A stretch of 64,000 bases of DNA from Patescibacteria group bacterium (GTDB lineage: Bacteria > Patescibacteriota > Patescibacteriia > XYB2-FULL-38-15), in assembly GCA_041737355.1 (NCBI GenBank), contig JBGSRW010000006.1, positions 3,246 through 67,245 on the forward strand. Reading direction: 5' to 3'. The position numbers were made by a program, and so were the translations under genes. The notes below the pieces were generated by a model. The model ran no database searches. It was not told the origin of the DNA and was given only the letters and a program-made list of their open reading frames with translations. Shown here piece by piece: positions 38,751-49,418 of the stretch; within the stretch, counting starts at the first letter, position 1; each line of letters starts with the position of its first letter.

Positions 38751-39293
38751 TTATCCTGAACCAGTTTTTCTTTGCAAAATTTTCTTTAAAAAACCTTTCG
38801 ATTTTTTAACCTCTTTTCCTCTAGATTCCGATTGTCTCCTGTCCTTCTCGTCGATATTCTTTTCTTCCTTGGATTTTTCTCTGGTGTAGGCTTTCAGGGT
38901 TTCTGCCATTTTCGGTTTTTCAAGAACATCGTTATGTTTTTCGCCTGCTCTCTGGGTCGGGACCTTTTCGGCCAAGACAATCGAGATATGGGAAGATCTT
39001 TTACGAATCGGCGTGGCCCGGCCGAAAGCTCTGGGTTGCCATCTCTTCAAAACAGGCCCCCCATCAACCGTAATCGCCTTGATATACAAATTATCCTTTT
39101 GCAATTTAAGATTATTAACAGCATTAGCAATGCCCGAATTCAACAATTTCAAAACCAAACCTGCCGCCACTTTAGGCATAAATTGAAGTTGGCGGGACGC
39201 TTCCTCAACGTCCAATCCCCTGATCAGATCTATGACCAGTCTTGCTCTCCTTGGGGATGTTCTCACGAATTTTGCTTGCGCTTTAATTTCCAT
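38751..39293 (-). CDS. rplV: 50S ribosomal protein L22 with long charged C-terminal extension
   Basis: SPRRAR, PRAFGRA, SHI. Confidence 0.95.
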   Translation of the reverse strand: MEIKAQAKFVRTSPRRARLVIDLIRGLDVEEASRQLQFMPKVAAGLVLKLLNSGIANAVNNLKLQKDNLYIKAITVDGGPVLKRWQPRAFGRATPIRKRSSHISIVLAEKVPTQRAGEKHNDVLEKPKMAETLKAYTREKSKEEKNIDEKDRRQSESRGKEVKKSKGFLKKILQRKTGSG

Positions 39294-39314
39294 AAAATTT
39301 TATTTTCCGAACGT

Positions 39315-39638
39315 TTATTTTTTCGCCGCCGTTGTTTCGGCCTTAGCCGCTTCGGCTTGTTTCTGCTCAATCTCTTTCTGCATTCTTCCGCCGTGACGAA
39401 TAAATTTTCTCGTCGGTGAAAATTCACCAAGTTTATGGCCGACCATATCTTCAGTTATCAAAACCGACACATGAATCCTACCGTTATAAACTCCGATTGT
39501 AAAACCAACCATCTCGGGGGTAATTGTCGAAGCCCGAGACCAAGTTTTAATTATTGTCTTATCTCCGGCTTTCAGTTTTCCAACCTTGGCTAACAATCTC
39601 AGATCAACAAACGGGCCTTTTTTTAAACTTCTTGGCAT
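39315..39638 (-). CDS. rpsS: 30S ribosomal protein S19
   Basis: [21 protein letters not shown]. Confidence 0.97.
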   Translation of the reverse strand: MPRSLKKGPFVDLRLLAKVGKLKAGDKTIIKTWSRASTITPEMVGFTIGVYNGRIHVSVLITEDMVGHKLGEFSPTRKFIRHGGRMQKEIEQKQAEAAKAETTAAKK

Positions 39639-39655
39639 ATTTAATAAATAATTTT

Positions 39656-40483
39656 TTATCTTCTCCTTTTCAGAATAAATTTATCTGACCATTTATTCGG
39701 TTTTCTTGTCTTGACACCGAGAGCGTGTTTGCCCCATTTGGTTTTGGGATATTTTAAACCGATTGGCGAAAGACCTTCACCGCCGCCGTGCGGATGATCG
39801 ACCGGATTCATGGCCTTACCGCGAACAGTCGGCCGCCAACCGCGGTAGCGCATTCTCCCCGCTTTGCCCCAACGAATCAAACGTCTATCCTTAGCCCCCA
39901 CTTCTCCAACCGTTGCCGCACACTCCTTTTTCACCAATCTCGCCTCTTTGGACGGGAGTTTCAATTGGGCATAATCTCCTTCAACTGCTAAAAGCTGAGC
40001 GCCAAGCCCGGCCCCCCGCACCAATATACCACCCATTCCCGGCTGTAGTTCTATATTGTGGACAACCGTTCCGACCGGCATAGCCTCCAAGGGCATCCTG
40101 TTACCCGCTTTTATCTCAACCTGTTTTTTTGAAGAAACAATTTCATCGCCCACTTTAAGACCCAATGGAGAAATAATATAACTTTTTTCTCCGCCGGGAT
40201 ATTGCAGTAAGGCAATGCGAGCAGTCCGGTTCGGATCGTATTCTATAGCTAGAACCTTCCCCGGTACATCAAATTTATCCCGTTTAAAATCAACTAAACG
40301 GAGGTATCGTCTTGTCCCGCCCCCGCGGTGTCTGGTCGTTATCTTGCCTCCCGCGCGTCCGGATTTCTTTTTCTTGACGATTATCAAAGATTTCTCCGGT
40401 TCAATTTTTGTTATATCCTCAAAAGTGTCAACCGATGAGTTTCGGCGACCAGGACTGGTTGGTTTGTAAATTCTAATCGGCAT
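39656..40483 (-). CDS. rplB: 50S ribosomal protein L2
   Basis: [19 protein letters not shown]. Confidence 0.98.
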   Translation of the reverse strand: MPIRIYKPTSPGRRNSSVDTFEDITKIEPEKSLIIVKKKKSGRAGGKITTRHRGGGTRRYLRLVDFKRDKFDVPGKVLAIEYDPNRTARIALLQYPGGEKSYIISPLGLKVGDEIVSSKKQVEIKAGNRMPLEAMPVGTVVHNIELQPGMGGILVRGAGLGAQLLAVEGDYAQLKLPSKEARLVKKECAATVGEVGAKDRRLIRWGKAGRMRYRGWRPTVRGKAMNPVDHPHGGGEGLSPIGLKYPKTKWGKHALGVKTRKPNKWSDKFILKRRR

Positions 40484-40514
40484 AAATTAATTGTTTTGAT
40501 TGCTATTTTTACCG

Positions 40515-40931
40515 TTAAACTCCTTCGTGAATCTCTATTTTTTCTCCCGGCTTCAGGGTAATAACCGCCTTTTTCCTTTTTTTAGTTTGTCCAAGGGTTT
40601 TTCCGTACCTTACTTGTTTTCCCCGGGTGCGGATTATATTGATACTAATCGGCCTGACTCCGTAGATACTTTCAATGGCCTTGGCAATTTCAATCTTGTT
40701 AGCCTTGCAGGAAACCTCAAAAATGTATTGCCCGTATTGGCCGATAAAAGCGGCTTTTTCGGTAACCAATGGTTTAACCAAAACACCGACAATCTTTTTG
40801 TTGTTTTTCCTTTTCGAAACCGCCTGAGGTTTCCGCGCCGCCTGTGGTTTTTCTTCCATGGCAGGCGCCTTCTCCTTGGCGTTTTCTTTCGGTTTTTCTT
40901 CTTTACCTTTTAATTTATCCAAAATAGACAT
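40515..40931 (-). CDS. rplW: 50S ribosomal protein L23 with N-terminal extension
   Basis: PLVTEK, ANKIEI, KKAVITL. Confidence 0.94.
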   Translation of the reverse strand: MSILDKLKGKEEKPKENAKEKAPAMEEKPQAARKPQAVSKRKNNKKIVGVLVKPLVTEKAAFIGQYGQYIFEVSCKANKIEIAKAIESIYGVRPISINIIRTRGKQVRYGKTLGQTKKRKKAVITLKPGEKIEIHEGV

Positions 40932-40938
40932 AATTCTT

Positions 40939-41568
40939 TTACTTAAGGTGCTGCTCCATAAAACGTAACGCGGCTATGGGCAACATTATATATTCATTCT
41001 GCAACACGTCTGCTACATTCAGCCCCCTGGCTTCGATCGTTTTGATCTGGGGTAAATTTGCGGCTGATTTCACTATTTTTTTATCGTTACCGGCTAAAAC
41101 TACCAGAGTTTTCTTTTCCTTCAACGGAAGCTTATTAATAATTTCAGCGAATTTTTTAGTTTTAAAATTTTCCAGTTCCAGCTTGTCAACCAGAACTATC
41201 TTCTCTTCCCTGGCTCTGTCGGAAAGACACATCAGGAGGGCTTTTCTTTTCATTTTCTTATTAATTTTTTGCGTAAAATTTCTATCGTTTCTCGGCCCGA
41301 AAACAACACCGCCACCGACCCAAAGAGGAGATCTTATGGATCCTTGACGGGCCCGGCCAGTACCTTTTTGTTTCCACGGCTTTATACCGCCGCCGCTGAC
41401 TTCGCCCCGGTGCTTGGTGTGGGCGACAACTTGCCTGCGATTTGCGAGCTGCGCGGTTGCGGCCTGGTGGACCAAGCCGACTTTTACTTCGATATCAAAT
41501 AACGCCGGGTCAAGATTCTCTTCCCCAACCACTTCGCCGGACATATTGTAAATTTTAGCTTTCAGCAT
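40939..41568 (-). CDS. rplD: 50S ribosomal protein L4
   Basis: KPWKQKGTGRARQG. Confidence 0.97.
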   Translation of the reverse strand: MLKAKIYNMSGEVVGEENLDPALFDIEVKVGLVHQAATAQLANRRQVVAHTKHRGEVSGGGIKPWKQKGTGRARQGSIRSPLWVGGGVVFGPRNDRNFTQKINKKMKRKALLMCLSDRAREEKIVLVDKLELENFKTKKFAEIINKLPLKEKKTLVVLAGNDKKIVKSAANLPQIKTIEARGLNVADVLQNEYIMLPIAALRFMEQHLK

Positions 41569-41576
41569 AATAAATT

Positions 41577-42182
41577 TTATTTCTGGCTAATCATTAATAA
41601 CGCCCCACGAGCTCCCGGAACCGCTCCCTTCAAGGCCAAAATATTATTTTTTTCGTCTATCTCAACGACTTCAAGATTTTTAACTGTTACTCTGTCTCCG
41701 CCCATTCTTCCGGCCATTCTCATCCCTTTAAAAACCCTCTGCACTCCGCCAGCGCCTATTGAACCAGGCATTCTCAGGTTGTCTTTGTGGCCGTGGGAAG
41801 CCGGACCGCCATGGAAACCATGCCTCTTAACCACTCCAGCAAATCCTTTTCCTTTTGAAAAACCCATAACCTCTACTTTTCCGCCAACCGTAAATTCGGA
41901 AACCTTTATTTCCTGACCGCGTTTGTATTCTTCCGGTTTTTCAACCTCAAATTCGACCAGGTGTCTAAAATTTTCTAGCTCTTTCAGATGACCGGCCATG
42001 GGTTTGGAAATTTTTTTCTGTAACCCAAAGCCGACTTGAACGGCGTCGCAGTTGTCCTTTCCTTTCGTTTTAACCTGAGTAACTTTGCACGGACCAGCGG
42101 AAACCAAAGTAACCGGAACCACGGTTCCGTCTTCCTTGAACTTTTGCGACATTTCTATTTTTTTACCAAGTATAAACTTCAT
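41577..42182 (-). CDS. rplC: 50S ribosomal protein L3
   Basis: SKGKGFAG, HG...R.PGSIG, MAGRMG. Confidence 0.97.
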   Translation of the reverse strand: MKFILGKKIEMSQKFKEDGTVVPVTLVSAGPCKVTQVKTKGKDNCDAVQVGFGLQKKISKPMAGHLKELENFRHLVEFEVEKPEEYKRGQEIKVSEFTVGGKVEVMGFSKGKGFAGVVKRHGFHGGPASHGHKDNLRMPGSIGAGGVQRVFKGMRMAGRMGGDRVTVKNLEVVEIDEKNNILALKGAVPGARGALLMISQK

Positions 42183-42443
42183 AATGGTTTGTAACGCAAA
42201 CTTTTTACTATCTTTTTACCATGTTTTACAATTAATTCTTCCTTTCAAAACAAAAAACCGAACTTAAAGCCGGCTTCCGTTTTCCCGGATTCTAAGTTTT
42301 CTCGATTTGATGGTTAATTGTAAAACCTTTCAAATAATCAGGGGCAAATAGAGGTTTTATCCAGCCCTTTTGGCGAAGAACGATTATTCATTCTCCATCA
42401 AAAGGGCCTGACATCTTTCTTTACTCTCCCCTAACTAATTAAA
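42183..42443 (-). promoter_or_regulatory. Structured 260-nt rpsJ-rplC intergenic RNA (candidate r-protein leader)
   Basis: Long hairpin 42340..42432; perfect 13-bp pairing 42223-42235/42314-42326 enclosing smaller hairpins. Confidence 0.5.
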
Positions 42444-42788
42444 TTACATTTTGATCTCCACATCCACACCGGCCGGAAGATTCAAGTTTGTTAAGGCGTC
42501 TACAGTTTTGGACGTTGGCTCCAAAATATCAATCAATCTTTTGTGCGTTCTCATTTCGTATTGCTCCCGAGCGTCCTTATGGACAAAGGTGGAGCGGTTG
42601 ACGGTATATTTTTTGATTTCCGTCGGGAGAGGCGTAGGACCGGAGATTGATGCGCCGGTTCTTATGGCCGTCTCAATAATGGTACGCGCCGATTGATCAA
42701 TTATTTTGTGATCATAGGCCCTGATTTTTATTCTTATTCTGGGCCGCGCATCTTCTTTTTCCACTTTTTCAGGATTTTTAGTTTCCAT
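42444..42788 (-). CDS. rpsJ: 30S ribosomal protein S10
   Basis: [25 protein letters not shown]. Confidence 0.97.
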   Translation of the reverse strand: METKNPEKVEKEDARPRIRIKIRAYDHKIIDQSARTIIETAIRTGASISGPTPLPTEIKKYTVNRSTFVHKDAREQYEMRTHKRLIDILEPTSKTVDALTNLNLPAGVDVEIKM

Positions 42789-42801
42789 TTTGTTTTGTAA
42801 G

Positions 42802-42831
42802 CCCCGTTAGCAGTTAAAACTGCTAACGGGG
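42802..42831. repeat. Perfect inverted repeat ccccgttagcagtt-aa-aactgctaacgggg (REP-like) between tuf and rpsJ
   Basis: 14-bp arms, no adjacent U-tract. Confidence 0.6.
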
Positions 42832-42844
42832 TAAGAACGATAAA

Positions 42845-44035
42845 TTATTTTATAATTTTTGTCACAACTCCGGCACCAACGGTTTTACCGCCTTCACGGA
42901 TAGCGAATTTCATCTTCTCTTCGAGAGCAACCGGAACGATCAATTTAATCTTCAAATTAACCGTATCGCCAGGCATAACCATTTCGGTGCCCGCGGGCAA
43001 TTCTACTTCACCGGTAACGTCTGTAGTTCTGATATAAAACTGCGGTTTGTAGCCCTTGAAAAAAGGTTTATGGCGTCCGCCCTCTTCCTTGGTCAAAGCG
43101 ATGATTTCCGCTTCGAACTCGGTATGCGGATTAACCGAACCCGGTTTAGCCAAAACCTGTCCGCGTTCGACATCCTCTTTCTTTGTACCGCGAAGCAAAA
43201 TACCGGCATTATCACCAGCCCGGCCTTCGTCCAAAGATTTATTGAACATTTCAATGCCGGTCACGACAGTTTTTTGCGTATCGCGCATACCGACAATTTC
43301 CATTTCGTCGTTCAATTTAACTATGCCTCTCTCAATTCTTCCGGTTACAACCGTACCGCGACCTTCGATTGAGAATATGTCTTCAATCGGCATCAAGAAC
43401 GGCTGATCCGTAGCGCGCTGCGGTTCGGGAATATATTCATCCAAAGTTTTAACTAATTCCATGATCGGCTTTGAGGCTTCCTCGTCTCCCGGATTCTGGA
43501 CAGCCTTCAGGGCTGAACCTCTGATAATCGGAGTCGTATCACCAGGAAAATTATATTTTTTAAGCAAATCTCTAACTTCTTCCTCGACCAAATCGATAAG
43601 CTCCTTGTCTTCAACCATGTCGCATTTGTTCAAAAAAACAACGATGTAAGGAACACCTACTTGGCGAGCTAAAAGAATATGCTCTCTGGTTTGAGGCATC
43701 GGACCGTCGGTCGCTGAAACAACCAAAATAGACCCGTCCATCTGGGCTGCGCCCGTAATCATGTTTTTAATATAATCGGCGTGGCCGGGGCAGTCGACGT
43801 GGGCATAGTGTCTTTTTTCCGTCTCATACTCAACGTGAGCGGTAGCAATAGTAATGCCTCTGGCTTTTTCTTCCGGGGCGGAGTCGATCTGGTCAACATT
43901 TTTGTCGGAAGCTTTCATGCCGTGCGCCCGAAGAACCGCCAAAATAGCTGCGGTTAAAGTTGTTTTGCCATGGTCAACGTGGCCGATTGTTCCCACGTTA
44001 ACATGGGGTTTTGCTCTTTCGAATTTTTCTGCCAT
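42845..44035 (-). CDS. tuf: Elongation factor Tu
   Basis: [21 protein letters not shown]. Confidence 0.99.
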   Translation of the reverse strand: MAEKFERAKPHVNVGTIGHVDHGKTTLTAAILAVLRAHGMKASDKNVDQIDSAPEEKARGITIATAHVEYETEKRHYAHVDCPGHADYIKNMITGAAQMDGSILVVSATDGPMPQTREHILLARQVGVPYIVVFLNKCDMVEDKELIDLVEEEVRDLLKKYNFPGDTTPIIRGSALKAVQNPGDEEASKPIMELVKTLDEYIPEPQRATDQPFLMPIEDIFSIEGRGTVVTGRIERGIVKLNDEMEIVGMRDTQKTVVTGIEMFNKSLDEGRAGDNAGILLRGTKKEDVERGQVLAKPGSVNPHTEFEAEIIALTKEEGGRHKPFFKGYKPQFYIRTTDVTGEVELPAGTEMVMPGDTVNLKIKLIVPVALEEKMKFAIREGGKTVGAGVVTKIIK

Positions 44036-44130
44036 ATTAAAACTCCTTACGCGACCCCCTCCGAAGGATTTCGGAAGAGTTTTATCCAGCCGCTAATTTA
44101 TTATTTATTATTTTTTAAAACTCAATTTCT

Positions 44131-44158
44131 ATTATAGCACTGCCTATTTTTTTTGCAA
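44131..44158 (-). promoter_or_regulatory. Internal tuf promoter
   Basis: TTGCAA-16-TATAAT. Confidence 0.65.
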
Positions 44159-44161
44159 CCC

Positions 44162-44473
44162 TTACTCCACCGGCTCGAAATAAAACTGGCTTTCCTCTTC
44201 CGCCGGCTTTTCTTCCACCGGCAAAAGAGCGGGAGGCTCGCTTTCTGTTTTTGTCGCTTCTTCCCGCCAAAGGGCAATGTCCTGATTAATTTTATCTATT
44301 TTATCGGGCGCCCTTTCTTCTGTCAAGCCCCGGTCGCTAACCGCTCCAACCATCTTCTCGTAATCCCTAAAATCCATTACCGCATAGGCAGTTTGGTCTT
44401 TTGGATCAACGACAATAACTTTATCCCCGGTTTTCTTGATTAAATTAAGCGCTCTTTCCAATATTTCCCTCAT
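44162..44473 (-). CDS. Hypothetical protein, Phd/YefM-like N-terminus, acidic tail
   Basis: KTGDKVIVVD....AYAVMDFRDYEKM; own promoter TTGACT-16-TATAAT at 44515..44488. Confidence 0.75.
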   Translation of the reverse strand: MREILERALNLIKKTGDKVIVVDPKDQTAYAVMDFRDYEKMVGAVSDRGLTEERAPDKIDKINQDIALWREEATKTESEPPALLPVEEKPAEEESQFYFEPVE

Positions 44474-44522
44474 ATTCTGGTGTTCTTATTATAGATAAAT
44501 GACCTAAAAAGTCAACCCCCCC

Positions 44523-46604
44523 CTATTTCTTGCCCTTTTCTCCGACGATAGTCTCCGACACGTTTCTCGGAACTTCGGCGTAATTTGCAAATTCCATATT
44601 GTAACTTGCCCGACCCTGGGACATCGATCTTAGAGAAGTAGCATAGCCGAACATTTCGGCAAGCGGTACCATAGCATCAATTACTTTAATCCCGGCCCGG
44701 TCGCGCATTTCCTGGATCTGGCCTCGCTTGGAATTCAAATCTCCGATAACCTCGCCCATAAACTGCTCCGGAGTCAAAACCTCGACTTTCATCATCGGCT
44801 CCAGCAAAACCAGATTGGCTTTTTTAGCGGCCGCCTGTACTGCCATTGATCCGGCAATTTTAAAGGCTGCTTCGGAAGAATCGACTTCATGATACGAGCC
44901 ATCATAAACCGTAGCCTTGACGTCAATAACCGGATAACCGGCCAAAATTCCTTTTTCTAAAGCCTCTTTAGCGCCTTTGCCGATTGGAGCTATGTACTCT
45001 TTTGGAACCACGCCACCTTTTATCTCGTCCGCAAATTCAAAACCCTTTCCTCTTTCCAAGGGTTCAACTTTAATCCAACAATGGCCATATTGACCACGGC
45101 CACCGGATTGTTTGATGTATTTTCCTTCCGCTTCAGCGGTTTTCAAAATTGTTTCTTTGTAAGCAACCTGCGGTTTGCCGACATTGGCTTCCACTTTAAA
45201 TTCTCTTTTCATGCGATCAACGATGATATCCAGATGCAATTCACCCATACCTCCGATAATGGTTTGCAAAGTATCTTCATCGGTGCGGACTTTGAAAGTC
45301 GGATCCTCTTCGGCCAATTTCTGGAGGGCAACTCCCATTTTTTCCTGGTCGGCCTTGGTTTTCGGCTCAATGGCAATATGGATAACCGGCTCGGGAAACA
45401 CAATGGACTCGAGCATCATCGGATGATCCGGATCGCACAGGGTGTGCCCGGTAAAAGTATTCTTGAAACCTACCGCGGCGGCTATTTCTCCAGCAAAAAC
45501 TTCATCTACGTCTTCGCGATGGTTGGCGTGCATCCGGACAATACGGCTGATTCTCTCGCGTTCACCGGTTGAAACATTCAAAACGTACGATCCCGCTTTT
45601 AAGGTTCCTGAATAAACTCTGAAAAAACAAAGTTTGCCGACAAAAGGATCGGAAGCTACCTTAAATGCCAAAGCCGTAAAAGGTTCTTCGTCTGATGCCC
45701 GGCGGGTTATTTTTTTATCCTTGTTTTTGGAATCAAAACCTTCCGTCGGCGGAACGTCGAGCGGGGAAGGCAGGTAGTCGGCTACCGCGTCCAACATAAA
45801 CTGTACACCCTTATTTTTCAAAGCGCTGCCACAAAGAATTGGGACGATATTATTAGCAATAACCGCCTTGCGCAAAACTTTTTTCAAATCGGCTACCGGG
45901 ATATCTTCGCCGGCCAAATATTTATTCATCAAGGACTCGTCATTTTCCACTATGGCTTCTATCAGTTTCGCCCGATATTCCTCAACTTTTTCTTTCATGT
46001 CGGCCGGGACATCTTCTTCGGAAATATCCTTGCCCATCTCGTCATGATAAATATAGGCCTTGCGGGTGAACAAATCTATAATTCCTTTAAAATTAGCTTC
46101 TGTTCCGATCGGCAATTGCAAAGGATGAGCATTGAGAGTAAGTCGATCGTGAATGGATTTAACATCGTTATAAAAATCGGCGCCCATCCGGTCAAGTTTA
46201 TTGATAAAACACATGCGCGGAACATTATATCCGTCAGCGTAGCGCCAGTTGGTTTCCGATTGCGGCTCGACCCCGGCTACTCCGTCAAAAATAACAACAG
46301 CGCCGTCCAAAACGCGCAGGGATCTTTTAACTTCCACGGTAAAATCAATGTGGCCTGGAGTGTCAATCAGGTTGATGCGGACGTCTTTCCAAAAACAGGT
46401 TGTGGCCGCGGCAGTAATTGTAATACCGCGCTCTCTTTCCTGTTCCATCCAGTCCATTTCCGCCGCACCCTCATGAACCTCGCCGATTTTATGTTTTTTC
46501 CCGGTATAGTAGAGAACACGCTCGGAAACAGTTGTTTTACCGGCATCGATATGGGCAATGATGCCGATATTTCTCGTTTGTTCCAAGGAATATTGTCTAG
46601 GCAT
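44523..46604 (-). CDS. fusA: Elongation factor G
   Basis: [26 protein letters not shown]. Confidence 0.99.
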   Translation of the reverse strand: MPRQYSLEQTRNIGIIAHIDAGKTTVSERVLYYTGKKHKIGEVHEGAAEMDWMEQERERGITITAAATTCFWKDVRINLIDTPGHIDFTVEVKRSLRVLDGAVVIFDGVAGVEPQSETNWRYADGYNVPRMCFINKLDRMGADFYNDVKSIHDRLTLNAHPLQLPIGTEANFKGIIDLFTRKAYIYHDEMGKDISEEDVPADMKEKVEEYRAKLIEAIVENDESLMNKYLAGEDIPVADLKKVLRKAVIANNIVPILCGSALKNKGVQFMLDAVADYLPSPLDVPPTEGFDSKNKDKKITRRASDEEPFTALAFKVASDPFVGKLCFFRVYSGTLKAGSYVLNVSTGERERISRIVRMHANHREDVDEVFAGEIAAAVGFKNTFTGHTLCDPDHPMMLESIVFPEPVIHIAIEPKTKADQEKMGVALQKLAEEDPTFKVRTDEDTLQTIIGGMGELHLDIIVDRMKREFKVEANVGKPQVAYKETILKTAEAEGKYIKQSGGRGQYGHCWIKVEPLERGKGFEFADEIKGGVVPKEYIAPIGKGAKEALEKGILAGYPVIDVKATVYDGSYHEVDSSEAAFKIAGSMAVQAAAKKANLVLLEPMMKVEVLTPEQFMGEVIGDLNSKRGQIQEMRDRAGIKVIDAMVPLAEMFGYATSLRSMSQGRASYNMEFANYAEVPRNVSETIVGEKGKK

Positions 46605-46619
46605 AAATATTTAAAAAAA

Positions 46620-47090
46620 TTAAAATCTCGCGAAATGGGCAAAGGCCCGGTTGGCTTCGGCCATGCGGTGCACATCCATTCTCTTTTTTACGGCATCACC
46701 CTGGTTCTGGTAAGCTTCCATCAATTCGTTGGCCAATTTTTCAGCCATCGGTTTGCCTTTTTTGTGCCTGGCCGCGTCCAAAATCCAGTGGCAGGCCAGG
46801 GAAAGCTTGCGCTCGCCTCTGACCGGAATCGGAATCTGGTAGTTGGCGCCGCCGACTCTCCGGCTTTTAACTTCAAGCGCCGGAGTCACATTTTTCAAGG
46901 CCTGGTCAAAAACCTCGAGCGGATCCTGTTTGGTTTTTTCTTTGACAATATCAAAAGCTCCATAGACAATCGATTGAGCTATGGTTTTTTTACCACCAAT
47001 CATTACATAATTGATAAATTTGGCAATGTTGGTGCTTTTGTATTTGGGATCCGGCAATAATTTTCTTTTAGGTGCTCTCTTGCCTCTCAT
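46620..47090 (-). CDS. rpsG: 30S ribosomal protein S7
   Basis: [22 protein letters not shown]. Confidence 0.98.
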   Translation of the reverse strand: MRGKRAPKRKLLPDPKYKSTNIAKFINYVMIGGKKTIAQSIVYGAFDIVKEKTKQDPLEVFDQALKNVTPALEVKSRRVGGANYQIPIPVRGERKLSLACHWILDAARHKKGKPMAEKLANELMEAYQNQGDAVKKRMDVHRMAEANRAFAHFARF

Positions 47091-47120
47091 ATGATTATTT
47101 TTGTTTTAAACAAATTAAAA

Positions 47121-47537
47121 TTATTTAGGCGCTTTAGCCCCGTATAGCGACCGGCCGCGTCTCCGCCCGTCAACGCCCTGGGTATCGTAAACCCCTCGGA
47201 CAATATGATATCTGACGCCAGGCAAATCCTTAACGCGTCCGCCGCGGATCATAACAATCGAGTGCTCCTGCAAATTATGCCCGACGCCCGGAATATAGGC
47301 CGTAACTTCCATGCCGTTGGATAACCTGACCCTGGCGATTTTACGCAAGGCCGAGTTTGGCTTTTTCGGAGTAACAGTTGTCACTTTAAGACAAACGCCG
47401 CGCTTGAAAGAACTCCCCTTTGCCAAATCTCTTCTCTTTCTATGGAGCGTATCCAAAGTAGACTGAAGAGCCGGCGTCTTGGTCTTTTTCAAGAGTGGTT
47501 TTCTTCCTCTTTTGATAAGTTGGTTGATTGTAGGCAT
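47121..47537 (-). CDS. rpsL: 30S ribosomal protein S12
   Basis: [29 protein letters not shown]. Confidence 0.98.
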   Translation of the reverse strand: MPTINQLIKRGRKPLLKKTKTPALQSTLDTLHRKRRDLAKGSSFKRGVCLKVTTVTPKKPNSALRKIARVRLSNGMEVTAYIPGVGHNLQEHSIVMIRGGRVKDLPGVRYHIVRGVYDTQGVDGRRRGRSLYGAKAPK

Positions 47538-47682
47538 ATGCCTTTTAACTAATTTTTTGTAAATTAAAAATGACAAAAAAATAAAAAATTTTGTCATCCT
47601 GATGCAGGGCAAAGTTTTAGCCACGCTTCGCCCTATTGATGTGGAACTCCTTCAAGATGAACCTCTTTTTCTTACAATTTGA

Positions 47683-47711
47683 ATATTACACAAAAGCTTT
47701 TTTGTCGTCAA
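47683..47711 (-). promoter_or_regulatory. str operon promoter
   Basis: TTGACG-17-TAATAT, giving ~140-nt leader. Confidence 0.65.
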
Positions 47712-47719
47712 GCCCCCTG

Positions 47720-48367
47720 CTAAAAAATAGGCGGAAGCCCTAAAATCCGATCAATTAAGGATAAAATCGGATCAATGAGATAACTAAAAATGGAAATATT
47801 GGCCACCCAGCTCAAGAGAACCAAACCAAGCAAAATCTGCGGCCCATAAACATCCATAAAGCGGCTGATATTTGGCCAGCGCCGGTCAACCGCAAGGTGA
47901 AGCAAATAAGAACCATCAAGCGGCGGAATCGGCAAAAGGTTGAAAACCATCAAGACGCCGTTAAAACCAACGAGAGCTCCGAGGAAAATCGTCAAATAAT
48001 TCATCGGCCCCAAAATAGGGTAAAAAATTTTCAGAATCAGCCCGAAGACAATAATTAAAATCAAATTTGACGCCGGGCCGCCGAGCGCAACGAGAGTCGG
48101 CCCATATTTCTGGTTTTTAAGATTATATGGATTAAACGGCGCCGGATTTCCCCAGCCAAAACCAATAAATAAAATCGCCAAGGTCCCCCAGAGATCAAGG
48201 TGGACTAGCGGATTCAATGTTAACCGCCCCATTCTCTCTCCCGTATGATCCCCCAAAAGACGCGCCACGAGAACGTGGCAAAATTCATGAAAAGTAATGG
48301 AAATAACGAGAGCGAGAAAGACGGCGAAAAAAAGGATTGGTTCGGAAAAAAGCAGACTAATCAGCAT
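47720..48367 (-). CDS. Site-2 protease (M50 family)
   Basis: HEFCH, GPASN, FNLLPIPPLDG. Confidence 0.93.
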   Translation of the reverse strand: MLISLLFSEPILFFAVFLALVISITFHEFCHVLVARLLGDHTGERMGRLTLNPLVHLDLWGTLAILFIGFGWGNPAPFNPYNLKNQKYGPTLVALGGPASNLILIIVFGLILKIFYPILGPMNYLTIFLGALVGFNGVLMVFNLLPIPPLDGSYLLHLAVDRRWPNISRFMDVYGPQILLGLVLLSWVANISIFSYLIDPILSLIDRILGLPPIF

Positions 48368-48436
48368 ATTTTATTGACACTTTAATTTATCTTTGTTAAT
48401 CTAAAAATACTAACTATTTGTTATAAAATACTTTAT

Positions 48437-48610
48437 ATGTCAAGACGCTGTGATGTTTGCGGCAAGGGACCGCTAAGTTCCGCCTCGAGAAGCCACTCCA
48501 ACATTAAAACCAAGAGACGGCTTTATTTGAATTTACAGACCAAAAGGCTTGACGGTAAAAAAACTAAAATCTGCGCCAATTGCCTTAAAACAAGAAGCAA
48601 AACCAAGTAA
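48437..48610 (+). CDS. rpmB: 50S ribosomal protein L28 (57 aa, absent from ORF track)
   Basis: MSRRCDVCGKGPLSSASRSHSNIKTKRRLYLNLQ...ICANCLK. Confidence 0.92.
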   Translation: MSRRCDVCGKGPLSSASRSHSNIKTKRRLYLNLQTKRLDGKKTKICANCLKTRSKTK

Positions 48611-48639
48611 TCAAATTATACCTTAATCTAGCCAAAAAA

Positions 48640-48666
48640 TAAACTCCGCCTTTTCGGCGGAGTTTT
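48640..48666 (+). terminator. rpmB terminator
   Basis: aaactccgcc-tttt-cggcggagtttt. Confidence 0.7.
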
Positions 48667-48730
48667 GATTTATAAAAATAAAAAAGCGGGATGTGACGTT
48701 TAATCGCATTCCCGCTTGAACGTAGGCGGA

Positions 48731-49315
48731 TTACTTCTTCTTGTGCAAGACAAGCCAGGCGATGAGACCGGAATGGAACAACCCCTCGATTGGGTGCAGC
48801 CTCACCACGCGCAGAGGGTTGTGGCAATCCCAGTAGCCGTTTCTCCCAAAGACCGGGACGACTGATTGTTCGGAGCGGCGCCATTCCGTGGGAAGGACGA
48901 GCGAACAGCGGGTCTGGATATCGGGATTTTTGGAGATGAACTGCATGCCCCGACGCGGGCCGCACCTTCGATATCCCTCATTATTCAGCCGGCGAACAAT
49001 CTCGTCTCCATGGAGACCGAGAGCCAAATTTGCAAAACTATACTGATGAACTTCCCAGTCGTCTTCGTCCGGCGCGATTGGCTCCAGAGGAAAACGCGAT
49101 TCGTTGAAATCGGCGTCGATTTCGTCCTGCCGGCAAGCGTCAAAAAGTCTTTGCCAGGCTGAAGGAACCATCTCGCTAATGAGCGCACGCCGAAGTCCGT
49201 CGGCCAGATCCTGCGGCCGATGAAGCCAGTGCTGAACCCGCTCAGACGAAAGATCGCGTGGCAAAGCGCGGAGCACTGCCTGCTCAAACTCCTCCCCTCG
49301 AGATTCTTCACTCAT
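48731..49315 (-). CDS. Hypothetical 194-aa protein
   Basis: AGGGAG RBS, own promoter TTGACA-16-TAAAAT, downstream terminator. Confidence 0.75.
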   Translation of the reverse strand: MSEESRGEEFEQAVLRALPRDLSSERVQHWLHRPQDLADGLRRALISEMVPSAWQRLFDACRQDEIDADFNESRFPLEPIAPDEDDWEVHQYSFANLALGLHGDEIVRRLNNEGYRRCGPRRGMQFISKNPDIQTRCSLVLPTEWRRSEQSVVPVFGRNGYWDCHNPLRVVRLHPIEGLFHSGLIAWLVLHKKK

Positions 49316-49418
49316 TTTTTACTCCCTATCTGTCTTCATTTTATTCATCTTTAAAATTTTGTCAAAAAAACAAACCCCGCCAAACGGCGGGGTTTTCAGC
49401 TACACGTTACGTTATAAA

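Noticed and set aside
46044-47060. Long antisense ORFs (46044..47060, also 58696..59616 and 13242..14084)
   Set aside because: They lie opposite clear or better-supported genes and have no motif or start signal
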